Source: an uncultured Planctomycetaceae bacterium (GTDB lineage: Bacteria; Planctomycetota; Planctomycetia; Pirellulales; PALSA-1355). From it: DNA of 64,000 nucleotides. Where the stretch lies: positions 32,001 to 96,000 of the forward strand of contig CAWAUV010000009.1 in the NCBI GenBank assembly GCA_963785305.1, read 5' to 3'. The notes under the pieces are model-generated. The model was given only the letters and a program-made list of their open reading frames with translations. It ran no database searches and was not told the DNA's origin. Position 1 is the first letter of the stretch; each line of letters opens with the position of its first letter. A program made the translations under genes and the position numbers. Shown here piece by piece: positions 62,813 to 64,000 of the stretch.

Positions 62813-64000
62813 ATGCGCCACGCGAAATTCGCCGCCTGCCTTGGACTCGCCGTATTCGTCGCATTGGATTCCGGCCCGTCGCACGCGCAGACCTACACGG
62901 ATCTGTATGATTTCGAGAACCAGAACGATCCCCACGGAAGTTTGACTCTCGATGGCTTAACCTTGTATGGCATGACCGCGAGCGGCGGAGCCAACGGCCA
63001 GGGCGAAGTATTCAGTATTCCGGTGACCGGCGGCACGCCCACGGACATGCACGATTTCGGTAACTCGGCCGGTCTGGGCCCCTCGGGCAGCTTGACGCTG
63101 AGCGGCTCAACCCTTTATGGAATGACGGTCTCGGGCGGGAACAACAACGAAGGTGAAATATTCAGCATCCCGGTGGCCGGCGGCACGGCCACGGACCTGC
63201 TCGATTTCAGTTATTCCGCGACCGGCGAGAATCCTTACGGCAGCTTGACGATCAGTGGCTCGAACATGTATGGCATGACCTCGAGCGGCGGAGCCGGCAC
63301 ATGGGGCGAAGTATTTAGTGTTCCGAAGACCGGGGGCACGTCCACGGACCTACTCGATTTCAACCGCACGAACGGCGCGACTCCCCACGGCGACTTGACG
63401 CTAAGCGGCTCGACCTTATACGGGATGACCGTTTCCGGCGGCGCCCACGGCTTTGGCGAAGTATTCAGTGTTGGGGTAACAGGCGGCACGCCCACGGACC
63501 TGCTTGATTTCAATGGCACGACGACCGGCAATGGCGGCTTCGGCAGTTTGACGCTCATCGGCTCAACCTTATATGGAATGACCGGGGGTGGCGGAGCCCA
63601 CAACGATGGCGAAGTCTTCAGTATTCCCGTGACCGGCGGCACGCCCACGGACCTGCTCGATTTCAACGGCGCGAACGGCGCGCAGCCCTACGGGAGTTTG
63701 ACCCTCGCTGGCTCGACGCTCTATGGGATGACGCTCTCCGGCGGAGCAAACGGCAAGGGCAATGTCTTCAGCATTCCGTTGACCGGCGGCACGGCCACGG
63801 ACCTGCTCGATTTCAACGGCGCGAATGGCGCGAGTCCTTACGGCAGTTTGATCCTTAATGGCTCAACGCTTTATGGAATGACCAGTGGCGGCGGGTCCTA
63901 CGGCTATGGCACGGTCTTTTCGCTGACGCTCGCGACACCCGAGCCCTCCTCGATCGTTTTGCTGGGAATAGGGGCGATCGGGTTCGCCGCCGCGGCCCTT
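62813..64000 (+). CDS. Secreted tandem-repeat (GloVer/Gloeo_Verruco-like) protein with PEP-CTERM sorting signal, runs off the window
   Basis: Manual translation (not in the ORF track): signal peptide, 7 repeats of ~50 aa (PxGSLTLxGSTLYGMTxxGGxxxxGEVFSIPxTGGTxTDLLDF), then TPEPSSIVLLGIGAIGFAAAAL. Confidence 0.9.
   Translation, partial: MRHAKFAACLGLAVFVALDSGPSHAQTYTDLYDFENQNDPHGSLTLDGLTLYGMTASGGANGQGEVFSIPVTGGTPTDMHDFGNSAGLGPSGSLTLSGSTLYGMTVSGGNNNEGEIFSIPVAGGTATDLLDFSYSATGENPYGSLTISGSNMYGMTSSGGAGTWGEVFSVPKTGGTSTDLLDFNRTNGATPHGDLTLSGSTLYGMTVSGGAHGFGEVFSVGVTGGTPTDLLDFNGTTTGNGGFGSLTLIGSTLYGMTGGGGAHNDGEVFSIPVTGGTPTDLLDFNGANGAQPYGSLTLAGSTLYGMTLSGGANGKGNVFSIPLTGGTATDLLDFNGANGASPYGSLILNGSTLYGMTSGGGSYGYGTVFSLTLATPEPSSIVLLGIGAIGFAAAAL

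Noticed and set aside
62900..63920. Regular ~150-bp DNA repeats as a CRISPR or non-coding array; minus-strand ORF 63235-63666
   Set aside because: These are coding repeats of the plus-strand PEP-CTERM protein, and the minus-strand ORF is its antisense shadow.

Overview
GC-rich chromosomal window, most likely from a planctomycete. This is inferred from the HYExAFE protein, two DUF1559 prepilin-like genes, DUF1080/ThuA/PQQ-propeller secreted proteins and a PEP-CTERM protein. It carries housekeeping genes (gnd, zwf, cobA-hemD, rho, rsfS, rpsA, aroF, purD), a feoA-feoA-feoB operon with a clear sigma70 promoter and Fur-like box, and an A2-type cytochrome c oxidase cluster with heme A/O synthases, a diheme cytochrome c and tandem cupredoxin-like genes. 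About 11 single-base frameshifts, one in essential rpsA, look like assembly indels rather than pseudogenes. The best candidate for an undescribed system is a compact three-gene operon at 37540-41986: beta-carbonic anhydrase, a membrane Ser/Thr kinase fused to an UrtA/AmiC-like solute-binding domain with an altered ligand pocket, and a translationally coupled bestrophin channel. It may be an inorganic-carbon (or urea/cyanate) sensing and flux module. Other highlights are a vapBC-type TA islet bracketed by a ~166-bp diverged duplicate of the aroF 3' end, a three-gene secreted/lipoprotein module sharing an unnamed domain, a Rho with a disordered His/Asn/RG-rich N-terminus and a long structured upstream region, a probable pseudo-nuclease of the EEP fold, and REP-like palindromes. 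No tRNA, rRNA, CRISPR array or transposase was recognised. All family assignments come from reading motifs by eye; no database search was run.
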